From assembly GCA_963805065.1 (NCBI GenBank), contig CAWDSS010000010.1, forward strand, positions 920,359 through 984,358: DNA of 64,000 bases, in the 5' to 3' direction. This document shows, piece by piece, positions 43,474 through 52,136 of the stretch. The translations under genes and the position numbers were made by a program. A model generated the notes under the pieces. It saw nothing but the letters and a program-made list of their open reading frames with translations. It was not told the origin of the DNA and made no database searches. The stretch comes from Candidatus Omnitrophota bacterium (GTDB taxonomy: Bacteria; Omnitrophota; Gorgyraeia; Gygaellales; Profunditerraquicolaceae). Position 1 is the stretch's first letter. Each line of letters opens with the position of its first letter.

Positions 43474-44232
43474 ATGCAGGATAATAAGCAAAGCAAAGAA
43501 TTCCTTAAGGGAAAAAAGTTTTTTGAAGGAATAAAGTTTTGGCAGAAACAGATAGCAGGTATCGAAAATTTAAAATCTAACCTCAAGCGTAGTAAGGCAG
43601 AATCGAAAAAATTCCCCCAAAAACTCCATAATCAGGTAGAAATCCGCACCGCCGCAGAAAGAATAGTTATTAAACAACTTCACCAAGAAATTGAACATCG
43701 CAAGGAAGCAGAGCAAATAACTCAGGACGCCCTTGAATACGCCGAGAATATTGTAGCTACCGTGCATCAAGTTTTAATAGTCTTGGATGGAGATTTAAGG
43801 GTGGTCTCAGCCAGTCGTTCTTTCTATGAGGTCTTTAAGGTAAAACCTAAGGATACCGAGAAGCAACATATCTATGATTTAGGAAATCACCAATGGGATA
43901 TCCCGAAACTGCGAGAATTGCTGGAGGATATCCTTCCCAAAACCACAAGTTTTGATAACTTTGAGGTTGAACATGATTTTCTGGGCCTAGGCAAGCGAAT
44001 AATGCTGCTGAATGCTCGGCAAATTTACCAAAAGGAGTCCAACCGGGAAAAGCTAATCCTAATTGCTATAGAAGACATTACTGAGGCTAAGAAGATATTA
44101 GACGGACTACGCGATAAAATTGGGCAGTTAGAGATATCCCCGAGAGCAGTAGATAGTAAAGACCATACGATAGCGGAGCTAAAAGGGATGGTGGATGAAT
44201 TACAGAGACAGCTATTACGCAAAGGCGGATAA
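43474..44232 (+). CDS. PAS-domain protein, paralog of 42709-43251 with an N-terminal extension
   Basis: ALEYAENIVATVHQVLIVLDGDLRVVSASRSFYEVF, GNHQWDIPKLRELLED, LIAIEDIT. Confidence 0.8.
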   Translation: MQDNKQSKEFLKGKKFFEGIKFWQKQIAGIENLKSNLKRSKAESKKFPQKLHNQVEIRTAAERIVIKQLHQEIEHRKEAEQITQDALEYAENIVATVHQVLIVLDGDLRVVSASRSFYEVFKVKPKDTEKQHIYDLGNHQWDIPKLRELLEDILPKTTSFDNFEVEHDFLGLGKRIMLLNARQIYQKESNREKLILIAIEDITEAKKILDGLRDKIGQLEISPRAVDSKDHTIAELKGMVDELQRQLLRKGG

Positions 44233-44295
44233 CTTTGTTTCTGAATCTATTCATTTCCTAGGATATAATTATATCTAATATTTGCACGAAACGGT

Positions 44296-44314
44296 TTAGG
44301 CACATTTTGGGCAC
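44296..44314 (+). promoter_or_regulatory. Box TTAGGCACATTTTGGGCAC (third copy)
   Basis: GG at 44299-44300 and GC at 44311-44312. Preceded by the 27-bp repeat shared with 47001-47027. Confidence 0.4.
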
Positions 44315-44370
44315 AAAACTCTATGTAATGTCTGCAACCCGCTGTATTTCATAAAGTAAATAAGGACGAT

Positions 44371-44389
44371 TTAGAACAGTATATTCTAA
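44371..44389 (+). promoter_or_regulatory. Inverted repeat TTAGAAC-AGTAT-ATTCTAA
   Basis: Identical to 41907-41925. Starts 59 nt after the box GC and lies 29 nt upstream of the ATG at 44419. Confidence 0.4.
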
Positions 44390-44418
44390 TTCCATTAGAA
44401 GTAGAATGAGGTGTTATT

Positions 44419-44640
44419 ATGTTTCAATTTGGGAATTTTAGCCCGTCAAATTTATTCGCCGGTCTTATTTTTGGTTCCATTGGTCTTGGTGCGTTTATCT
44501 ATGGAAAGAAAAATGTATTATGGCGGCCTATGATTATAGGGATTGCTTTAATGGCGTATCCCTATTTCTTCTCAGCGACGCTGCTTATTTATCTTATCGG
44601 TATTATCCTTACCGCAGCACTATATTTCTGGCGAGAGTAA
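44419..44640 (+). CDS. Small membrane protein (2 TM)
   Basis: 73-aa hydrophobic ORF. Confidence 0.55.
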   Translation: MFQFGNFSPSNLFAGLIFGSIGLGAFIYGKKNVLWRPMIIGIALMAYPYFFSATLLIYLIGIILTAALYFWRE

Positions 44641-44666
44641 AAATTCTTAAGGGCATTTTGGGGAAA

Positions 44667-44870
44667 ATGAATAGAAGACAATTAATAGTTGTTTTAGGTT
44701 TAGGGGCATATGTCATTGGGGGATTATTTGTGGTAATTTTTAATTTAGAAACATTTCTTAAAATCCTTCAATCACAAATAAATCTTTTAATTCCTATACT
44801 ACAAGTATATATTCCCATTTTAATTTTAGGTATTTTAATAATCTATTTTTTGAGAGATAAGAAAAGATAA
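44667..44870 (+). CDS. Small membrane protein (2 TM)
   Basis: Start placed at the internal ATG (MNRRQLIVVLGLG); 67 aa. Confidence 0.5.
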   Translation: MNRRQLIVVLGLGAYVIGGLFVVIFNLETFLKILQSQINLLIPILQVYIPILILGILIIYFLRDKKR

Positions 44871-45006
44871 ATAGCAAGTCCAATAGCATCAACCTTTAAG
44901 GCAGGCGGATTCTTTCCTTCAATCCTCCGGATATAGTTATATTCTAATCTGTGTTATAGTATAAAGGGCTTAGCTTGTGACTTTGCAGGGTTATTTTAAA
45001 ACTCCC

Positions 45007-45076
45007 TTGACAAACCCGATTTTTATTGTATACTTTAATACAGAAAGTTGTATAATACAATACAATATATTGTATG
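45007..45076 (+). promoter_or_regulatory. Promoter plus phased TTGTAT operator-like repeats
   Basis: TTGACA (45007-45012), 16-nt spacer, TATACT (45029-45034). TTGTAT occurs at 45026, 45048 and 45070 (22-bp period). Palindromes TTGTATAATACAA (45048-45060) and ACAATATATTGT (45062-45073). Confidence 0.5.
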
Positions 45077-45575
45077 AAATATCGGATAGATAAACAAGGT
45101 TTATTGGATAGGATAAGTGCTTGGGATAGCTTTCTAAAGAGGAAGGTACATTTGATTGCTTGCGGTGGAACCGCGTTGACTCTTTTAGGTGTTAAGGCTT
45201 CAACTAAAGATATAGACTTGCTTGTTCCTAATGAAGATGAGCATGATTATTTGGTCAATATTTTAAAGCAGCTTGGGTATAAACCGGCAAGCGGATGGGG
45301 ATGGTCAAGGAATGATGGATTTATCTTTGATTTATTCAGAGGCAACTTTGTCAGTACGACTCAATTATTACGACATAATAATAAGCAAATTATTCAGGGG
45401 TACGGATATAGATAATGAAGATTGTTTGGTTTTGCTGAAGGCCAAAAAAAGCGAGGGAGACCTGATTAAACTGGAAAAGCGATTCCGGGAAACAGCTTCT
45501 TGTGACGTATCGGAAGAATCTGTTGTTAAGAATTGGGAGCATTTCTTAAGATTGGTTAAAAAGGAAGTGGTATAA
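45074..45575 (+). pseudogene. Nucleotidyltransferase-fold protein gene split by a frameshift
   Basis: ORF 45074-45415 carries CGGTALTLLG...TKDIDLLV (hG[GS] plus DxD). The C-terminal part (IISKLFRGTDIDNEDC...) continues in the +1 frame (ORF 45273-45575). Confidence 0.55.
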
Positions 45576-45577
45576 AA

Positions 45578-46255
45578 ATGGACAAAGATAACCTTCTGAA
45601 AAGATTAGCGGCATTAGGATTTCCGCTCTTAGAGGCCGAGAAAGATGAAGAGGCTAATTCGGCCCTTGCAGATTTAGTTGAATCTCATGACCTTAGGCTT
45701 TGGGAAGGATTCCCGGTAGTCCTGGCCAATAGTGCTGAAAAGGGCATGTTTGATTATGATAGGGTGGAAGAACATCTTAAATCACCCTCTGATAAGTTAA
45801 ATCTTGCCTTATTGGTAGAATTCTCACTTGCGCTATATAAAACGTTGGGCTTAAAATTTGCATGGGCGGATAAGCTGTATGTGCTGTTTGACAATGAAGA
45901 TATGAAGCAGCAGTACGAGAAGTACTCGGCGGCCTTAAAAAGTAACCAAGATCTCGTTGTCCAGGGCGGCGTTATGTCCAGTCAAAGAGTAAAGGCGACA
46001 TTCGATAATTATTTTAGACAGACGCAAGCGCATCTTGACGATCTTCTTTCAGTTAAAGAGGTGATGGGGGTTGAATATTCGCTCTCTCAGGTTTTCTCCC
46101 CAAAACAAAAGGAATTGTTTTTGAAGAAACTACGTAATGAGAAGTTAACAAAAACTGAAAAAGAGTATTTCTCACGGGTAGTAAAAAAACGAGTTTTAGC
46201 TCTCGCTAATCCTGAATTGCATCGTTTAGCACAAAAATTACTTCAGAGTTTATAA
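45578..46255 (+). CDS. Hypothetical protein, possible partner of the nucleotidyltransferase
   Basis: 225-aa ORF starting 2 nt after the upstream stop. I recognise no family. Confidence 0.6.
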   Translation: MDKDNLLKRLAALGFPLLEAEKDEEANSALADLVESHDLRLWEGFPVVLANSAEKGMFDYDRVEEHLKSPSDKLNLALLVEFSLALYKTLGLKFAWADKLYVLFDNEDMKQQYEKYSAALKSNQDLVVQGGVMSSQRVKATFDNYFRQTQAHLDDLLSVKEVMGVEYSLSQVFSPKQKELFLKKLRNEKLTKTEKEYFSRVVKKRVLALANPELHRLAQKLLQSL

Positions 46256-46280
46256 AAATTTAAGATTGTGATAAAAAAAT

Positions 46281-46943
46281 ATGAAAGAAAAAATTATCTT
46301 TTGCTGGAGTACGGGTAAGGATAGCGCGCTGGCTTTGTATAGGATTTTAAAGAGCGGAAAATACGAGGTTTCCTGTTTACTTACTACTATAACCGAAGGC
46401 TATGAAAGAGTGGGTATGCACGGTGTACGCAGGGATCTTTTTAAGAAGCAGGTAACAGAGTTAGGCCTTGTTTCAGAGGAGGTATTTATCCCGCGGGACT
46501 CTTCTAACGGTGCTTATGAGATTAGAATGCAGGCAGCGCTTCTTGAGTGTTTGGGAAAAGGCATAAAAACAGTTGCCTTTGGAGATATCTTTCTTGAGGA
46601 TTTAAAGAATTACCGGCTGGCTAACTTAGCAAAAATAGGGATGAACGGCATATTTCCCTTATGGAAAGAGCCCAGTTTAGCACTGGCTAATGAATTTATT
46701 GACCGGGGATTCAAGGCAATTATAACCTGCGTTGATACGCAGGTTCTGGGGCGGGAATTTTGCGGAAGAGAATTTAATCGGGATTTTCTGGCTGATTTAC
46801 CGGAAAACGTCGACCCTTGCGGAGAAAACGGCGAATTCCATTCCTTTGCCTTTGCCGGGCCGCTTTTTAATAAGAATATCGAATTTAAAAAAGGCAAAAT
46901 TGTTTTAAGGAATAACCGTTTCTATTATTGCGATCTTAAGTAA
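46281..46943 (+). CDS. Dph6-related (MJ0570-like) ATP pyrophosphatase domain protein
   Basis: N-terminal CWSTGKDS PP-loop variant, GDIFLEDLKNYR, FPLW, EFHSF. Confidence 0.75.
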   Translation: MKEKIIFCWSTGKDSALALYRILKSGKYEVSCLLTTITEGYERVGMHGVRRDLFKKQVTELGLVSEEVFIPRDSSNGAYEIRMQAALLECLGKGIKTVAFGDIFLEDLKNYRLANLAKIGMNGIFPLWKEPSLALANEFIDRGFKAIITCVDTQVLGREFCGREFNRDFLADLPENVDPCGENGEFHSFAFAGPLFNKNIEFKKGKIVLRNNRFYYCDLK

Positions 46944-47037
46944 TTATAGGCTAAAAATGGTTGATTTTCCTAAACTTCCTTGATATTGAGGTAATTTACT
47001 ATATAATTATATCTAATATTTGCACGAGGGAGGCAAA

Positions 47038-47514
47038 ATGAAAAGAATCTTTTTTTTGTTTGCTCTATTTATCTTCAGCGGCTGCGCGAACGTACAGGTA
47101 ACGATGTATAATAAGAATGTCCATTATCCTGCGACGGATCCGAAGACTATCGAGGTCTTCCAGAAAAAACCGGAAGACAGGAAATTTGTTGAGATTGGAG
47201 AAATAACCGTTGATAGAGCATCGAGCATGGATCAGGTTGAGCAAATATTCAGGACTAAAGCCGCAGAATACGGAGGTGATGCAGTATATGTATATAGTAT
47301 TACACAACAAACCAGTACATATGTAGATTCTCCTCGCGTAGCCTACTCTCACGAAGGTTTTTCTTATCCTCGTGGACGCTATTCTTCTCGCACGCATTAT
47401 CATCCTCATTACGCTCATCATTTCCAGCATTATTATTACTGTTGTGGCTATAATGTTGAGACCGTTAGTTATCTAACCGTTGTAGGCATTGTCATAAGAT
47501 ATGCTCAGCCTTAA
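47038..47514 (+). CDS. Lipoprotein with a His/Tyr/Cys-rich C-terminal region
   Basis: Lipobox IFSGC. The tail reads SRTHYHPHYAHHFQHYYYCCGYN. Promoter TTGATA-N16-TATAAT lies upstream. Confidence 0.6.
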   Translation: MKRIFFLFALFIFSGCANVQVTMYNKNVHYPATDPKTIEVFQKKPEDRKFVEIGEITVDRASSMDQVEQIFRTKAAEYGGDAVYVYSITQQTSTYVDSPRVAYSHEGFSYPRGRYSSRTHYHPHYAHHFQHYYYCCGYNVETVSYLTVVGIVIRYAQP

Positions 47515-47567
47515 TATTTGCGCATGCAGGATATAGTTATTGCCTATGATTTGAAAAGGAGTCAAAA

Positions 47568-47903
47568 ATGCTTAAAACTAAAGCAATCGCCTTTGCCTTG
47601 TTAATGGTAACGTTTATAGCTACTTTTGCCTATTCTCAGGAAAAAGTAGAAAATAGGCAGATAATAACTATTGTTGGGACAGTAACTAAAGTGGATTCTG
47701 TGAGCAACATCATTGTGGTAAAAACAGACAACGGACAAATGGTGCTTTCGGTCCCGGATGATATCATAGTTACTCAGGGCACGGATGAAATATGGCTTGA
47801 GGATATCTTAGATAATGATCCCGTAACTGTACAATATTACAGCCCTTCCCCCGGGAAATATGTCGTGGTCAGTATCGCTGATAATAACATGAGTGAGGAA
47901 TAG
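47568..47903 (+). CDS. Small secreted protein
   Basis: Signal peptide (ATFAYS-QE); 111 aa. Confidence 0.6.
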   Translation: MLKTKAIAFALLMVTFIATFAYSQEKVENRQIITIVGTVTKVDSVSNIIVVKTDNGQMVLSVPDDIIVTQGTDEIWLEDILDNDPVTVQYYSPSPGKYVVVSIADNNMSEE

Positions 47904-47929
47904 GATAAAATAAACAGAATGCAGAATTC

Positions 47930-49087
47930 ATGAAGATATCCAGCCGGCATAAAAAAGGCGCTCTCAGGACGAGAGTCGTTAGGAAAATAGAACAAGTTTC
48001 TCCTGAGGCATGGAATAGGGTTTTCCCGAACGTTCTGGAGGGTTATCACTTTTTTAAGACATTAGACGAATCCGGGTTCGATCAGTTCTCTTTCTATTAT
48101 ATTCTCGTCTATGAGGCCAAACGGCTTGTAGGGGCAGCGCCGTGTTTCTTCGTAGACTATCCTCTTGACACTAGTATCAACGGGCACCTGCGCCGTATCT
48201 CGAATGCTTTTAGGAAAGTTATGCCGAAGCTCTTTAGCATAAAAACGCTGGTGTGCGGCATTCCGATGGAGCAGGGGCATATTGGTATCGCAAGCGATCC
48301 TCCTCAGGCGGTGCTCGAGGCGATTCTGCGCCGTATGGAGCAGCTTGCGCGAAAGATGCGCGCTCACCTTATTGCGTTCAAAGACTTTGACCAGTCTTAT
48401 ACGGCGACTTTTGCTTTACTTCAGAATAATGGTTTTTTAAAAGTTGACGGCCTGCCATCAACAGAGCTTGCCATATCCTTTTCCAATTTTGAAGAATATC
48501 TAAAAACTTTAAGCGGGGCTACACGCTATGACCTTAGGAGGAAGCTTAAGAAAAGCTCAACTGTGAACATCGAGAAAACGATCGTAGATGCGCTCGATGA
48601 CAGAACCCTGGATGATGTATACCGGTTGTACTCTCAAATGGTTGAGAGGCACGAAATGGGCTTTGAAATCATTCCCGCCAAATTCTTTAAGCTCATTTCG
48701 CAAAATATGCCCCATCAGGTAAAATACTTTCTTTGGAGAATCGACGGAAAGCTTGTTGCCTTCCTTTTTTGCCTCGTTTCGGACACTCTCTTGATTGACT
48801 ATTTTTTAGGGCTTGATTACGCAGTGGCCCATCAGTATCATCTCTATTTCGTCAAATTTCATGACGTGATGAATTGGTGTCTTGCCCACGGCATCAAGAG
48901 ATACGAAATGGGCGTTACCGGATACGAACCAAAACGGAGATTAGGGTTTAATTTCGTGCCCCGCTATCTTTATGTCAAGATGCGATACCGGTGGCTGCGC
49001 CCTTTTTTCAGGGGCATTTGCATACTTCTTAAGTTTGAAAATTTTGATCCGGAGCTCAAACAGTGGCGCAGGAGAAGAGAATCATGA
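47930..49087 (+). CDS. FemAB-like / GNAT-fold acyltransferase family protein
   Basis: 385 aa. The organisation resembles BioF2-like/FemAB-type acetyltransferase proteins (RYDLRRKLKK, YFLGLDY, RYEMGVTG). Assignment is moderate. Confidence 0.55.
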   Translation: MKISSRHKKGALRTRVVRKIEQVSPEAWNRVFPNVLEGYHFFKTLDESGFDQFSFYYILVYEAKRLVGAAPCFFVDYPLDTSINGHLRRISNAFRKVMPKLFSIKTLVCGIPMEQGHIGIASDPPQAVLEAILRRMEQLARKMRAHLIAFKDFDQSYTATFALLQNNGFLKVDGLPSTELAISFSNFEEYLKTLSGATRYDLRRKLKKSSTVNIEKTIVDALDDRTLDDVYRLYSQMVERHEMGFEIIPAKFFKLISQNMPHQVKYFLWRIDGKLVAFLFCLVSDTLLIDYFLGLDYAVAHQYHLYFVKFHDVMNWCLAHGIKRYEMGVTGYEPKRRLGFNFVPRYLYVKMRYRWLRPFFRGICILLKFENFDPELKQWRRRRES

Positions 49088-49470
49088 AAATAGGCCAAAT
49101 TGCTCTAAGGATATTTTTTCTCATTATTGCCAATGACGTGCTGGATACCGGAGCGCAGCTTTTGATGAAGCGAGGGCTCGCCTCGGGATTCAATCTCTTT
49201 CATTTGGGTTCGCCCGACATGATCTTCTTGTGGCTTGGTGTCTTGGTCTTTGCCTTAACCTTTTTCATCTGGATGGTCATTTTACGCGAGGTTGACCTCA
49301 GCGTGGCGCTTCCGATTGGCAGCATGAGCTATATTATTATACCGGTGGTGGCCGTATTAATTTTGCACGAGCACGTGAATATTTTCAGGTGGGTGGGTAT
49401 CGTATTTATCGTGCTCGGGATATGTTTCGTATCGCAGACTAAAATGCGAAAGCGTGAGCACAATGTATAA
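49084..49470 (+). CDS. Small EamA-like 4-TM protein (ArnE/ArnF-like half transporter)
   Basis: ATGA start/stop overlap with the upstream gene; 4 TM helices. Confidence 0.6.
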   Translation: MKIGQIALRIFFLIIANDVLDTGAQLLMKRGLASGFNLFHLGSPDMIFLWLGVLVFALTFFIWMVILREVDLSVALPIGSMSYIIIPVVAVLILHEHVNIFRWVGIVFIVLGICFVSQTKMRKREHNV

Positions 49471-49834
49471 AATCATACTGCTGGTTTTATTGGCGGAAGT
49501 TTGCATGGGCACAGGCCAGATTTGCTTTAAGAAAAGCGTAAATAATCTGGGTGGTAACAGCAGCCGGTCTCTAGATGCGAAGCCGTTTTTTTTCAGGAAA
49601 TTGCTTGTAAAGCCTCTGTTGTGGGCCGGTATCGTTTCCATGGCACTGGGCCTTACCTTCTGGATCTCTGCTTTGTCCTTGGGAGATTTAAGTATTGTCT
49701 ATCCGCTCGGCAGCATGCAGTATGTTTTTGTCCTATTTGCCTCACATTTCTTTCTTGGTGAGGCTGTCGACAGAACGAAATTAATAGGAACAGCTTTGGT
49801 GATCCTGGGTATCGTTTTTATTACCCTAAGCTGA
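49454..49834 (+). CDS. Small EamA-like 4-TM protein (second half of the pair)
   Basis: Overlaps the previous gene by 17 nt; 4 TM helices (YPLGSMQYVFV). Confidence 0.6.
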   Translation: MSTMYKIILLVLLAEVCMGTGQICFKKSVNNLGGNSSRSLDAKPFFFRKLLVKPLLWAGIVSMALGLTFWISALSLGDLSIVYPLGSMQYVFVLFASHFFLGEAVDRTKLIGTALVILGIVFITLS

Positions 49835-49880
49835 AGACAGATAGCGTCCTGGGTGGACTCAATTTTAAAGGAGGAATAAA

Positions 49881-50471
49881 ATGAAAAAGATATCCCTGGT
49901 TATATTAGGCTTCCTTTTTCTTACCTCGCTATGTTTTGCTAAAGCACAAAATGCTTACCATAATAAGGAAGGGCACTTCTCATTTACTGTTCCTGGAGGG
50001 TGGAAAGAATATTCTCAAAGCGAATCGGATGCATTGGGTAGATATACAAGCCAAAAGACAGGCATAACTATAAGCTATATTGCAGCATTCAGTAAGCATG
50101 TTAAAGGCGGGCTTGCGGCTATAACTATACAAATGAATAACCGTAAGAAATATTCCGGGGAGGGGATAAAACAATTCGTAACTCCTACAAATCAACAAGC
50201 AACTGTTCCACATGCGGTGAAAGAACTTGTAAAAAATATCCCTATGGATTTTGGAAAGTATGTATATGACAAAGAGAGGAATATCGCTTTTCGCAAATCC
50301 GAATCGTATGCCGGCGGCAAAAAAATTATTGGCGTTGACGCGGTGATATTCAGCAATTACGGATTTATTACCCTGAATTTTAATACAAAGGAAGAAAATT
50401 TTGCTACCGCTTCAAACGATTTTAATCAAATTATGGATTCATTTAAGTTTGATAAAGGTTACGGATATTAA
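49881..50471 (+). CDS. Secreted protein, function unknown
   Basis: Signal peptide (SLCFA-KA); 196 aa. Confidence 0.6.
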   Translation: MKKISLVILGFLFLTSLCFAKAQNAYHNKEGHFSFTVPGGWKEYSQSESDALGRYTSQKTGITISYIAAFSKHVKGGLAAITIQMNNRKKYSGEGIKQFVTPTNQQATVPHAVKELVKNIPMDFGKYVYDKERNIAFRKSESYAGGKKIIGVDAVIFSNYGFITLNFNTKEENFATASNDFNQIMDSFKFDKGYGY

Positions 50472-50503
50472 GTAGAAAACCATGCCTGAATGGAATCCGC
50501 CTG

Positions 50504-50815
50504 ATGAATAAAAAACAATTAATAGCTGCCTGGGCATTAAGTATCTTAATAAGCATTACATCCTGCGGCAGTGCCTATTCTTATGTTAAAACCGTTAATC
50601 CCGTAAAATCCTATCATAAAGAAAATCTTTTTGATAAAATGCTATATAAAAAAGTTGTCCTGCCCGGAGGCGACAACAGGCCAGTATTAGTAAACCGCAT
50701 AACGGGGGAAGTTAAATATATATTGGTGAATAATAACCAATGGATACTCCTTACGGGCATGTGGAAGAAACAATGCCAAGCGAGGTATGACGCGCAAGTT
50801 GCCTCTAAAAAATAA
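50504..50815 (+). CDS. Small secreted protein or lipoprotein
   Basis: Signal/lipobox-like SITSC; 103 aa. Confidence 0.5.
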   Translation: MNKKQLIAAWALSILISITSCGSAYSYVKTVNPVKSYHKENLFDKMLYKKVVLPGGDNRPVLVNRITGEVKYILVNNNQWILLTGMWKKQCQARYDAQVASKK

Positions 50816-50854
50816 GCAAAGACAGTCAAGAGGCAGAAAAGAAATGAAGTATAA

Positions 50855-51199
50855 ATGAAAATGAAAGGATGGTATGAAATGAAAATGCTGTTTGTAGTAT
50901 TATTATGTTTAGGATTGGCAGGCTGCGCTTCAAATCATTATTTGTTAGAAACCGACCCTGCCCGGCTTTCCGATGCCAAGCTATTGGAATATTTTCATAA
51001 GCTTGATGCAGAAATAAGCCGGTTAGAAACAAATGTCAATCAGTATTCTTCTCCTGAACAATATAAATCTGCAGAGCACGGCACTGTAAATTTGATGCTT
51101 TTAACCAAAGGCAGTGCAAGCGACCTGAATGCGTTAAGGCTAAGAAGGACAGCTGTGCGCCTGGAATTGGAAAAAAGAGGCCTGCAAGTAAGAAAATAA
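50855..51199 (+). CDS. Lipoprotein
   Basis: Lipobox LGLAGC. An alternative start at 50879 (MKMLFVV) is likely. Confidence 0.55.
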   Translation: MKMKGWYEMKMLFVVLLCLGLAGCASNHYLLETDPARLSDAKLLEYFHKLDAEISRLETNVNQYSSPEQYKSAEHGTVNLMLLTKGSASDLNALRLRRTAVRLELEKRGLQVRK

Positions 51200-51352
51200 G
51201 AGTATAGCAAATCTTATAGTGGTATCCTACCAGGCGTATCCTTAGCTTTCTCTAAAAAATTTAACTTTTTATGTTTTAAAACACGATTTAACCATAACAA
51301 TTAGGCACAAAATAAAAGATGTAGTCTATATAATTATCTTAAAAGGTAAAAA

Positions 51353-52090
51353 ATGGGTTATTCTATAAAGAAATTATCTCTAATCATTGTCTCCCTTGTT
51401 TTGGTATTGTTTTTTTCTTTCATTGCGCTGTCTTTATTCTTTGACGAGGCAGTTTTTGTACGAAAAGGGACTTTTTACCATTTAAAGCTACACGATAAAA
51501 TTGTTGCATTGACTTTTGATGATGGGCCTAGTCCTATCTGGACCCCTAAAATATTAGATGAACTCAAAAAAGAGGAAATTAAAGCGACCTTCTTTATGCT
51601 TGGTAATCATGTAGAAAGATACCCCGAGGTCGCCAGACGAGTTTTAGCAGAAGGGCATGAGATAGGCAACCATACATATGACCACCATGTTTTACTTTGT
51701 TATACAATGGATGAGCTTGAAAAAGAAATAAAGCAGGCAGAAACGGCTATCAGGAATGCCACCGGTCGAACAACCACTTATTTTAGGCCTCCAAAGGCCT
51801 GGCTTACTGGGGCTGAAAAGCAGAAAATTAAAGATATGGGGTATAAGGTAGTGTTATGGTCGTTAAACTCTAAAGACTGGGTGACATTCCACGATAAACA
51901 GATTACTTCTTACATTTTAAGGCACATTCAGCCCGGGGATATTATTTTATTCCATGATAGTGGAGGGGCTTTTACTACTGAAGGCGGTGACCGCAGCCAA
52001 ACAGTTAAAACTATCCCGCGATTAGTCAGAAAATTAAGAGAAAGAGGCTATAGATTTGTAACAATAAGCGAGCTTTTAAGGCAACAATAG
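51353..52090 (+). CDS. Polysaccharide deacetylase (NodB homology domain)
   Basis: N-terminal TM helix; TFDDGP motif, HEIGNHTYDH, LFHD. Confidence 0.85.
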   Translation: MGYSIKKLSLIIVSLVLVLFFSFIALSLFFDEAVFVRKGTFYHLKLHDKIVALTFDDGPSPIWTPKILDELKKEEIKATFFMLGNHVERYPEVARRVLAEGHEIGNHTYDHHVLLCYTMDELEKEIKQAETAIRNATGRTTTYFRPPKAWLTGAEKQKIKDMGYKVVLWSLNSKDWVTFHDKQITSYILRHIQPGDIILFHDSGGAFTTEGGDRSQTVKTIPRLVRKLRERGYRFVTISELLRQQ

Positions 52091-52136
52091 ATTTTTAGGC
52101 AACTTTATTGTACAACGGCATATTTCAAAAAGCGCA

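Noticed and set aside
44263-47027. The 27-bp perfect repeat ATATAATTATATCTAATATTTGCACGA (44263-44289 and 47001-47027) as the ends of a mobile element.
   Set aside because: Both copies coincide with -10-type promoter sequence (GATATAAT-like elements recur upstream of many genes here). There are no inverted termini, no target-site duplication and no transposase. A shared promoter cassette is the likelier explanation.
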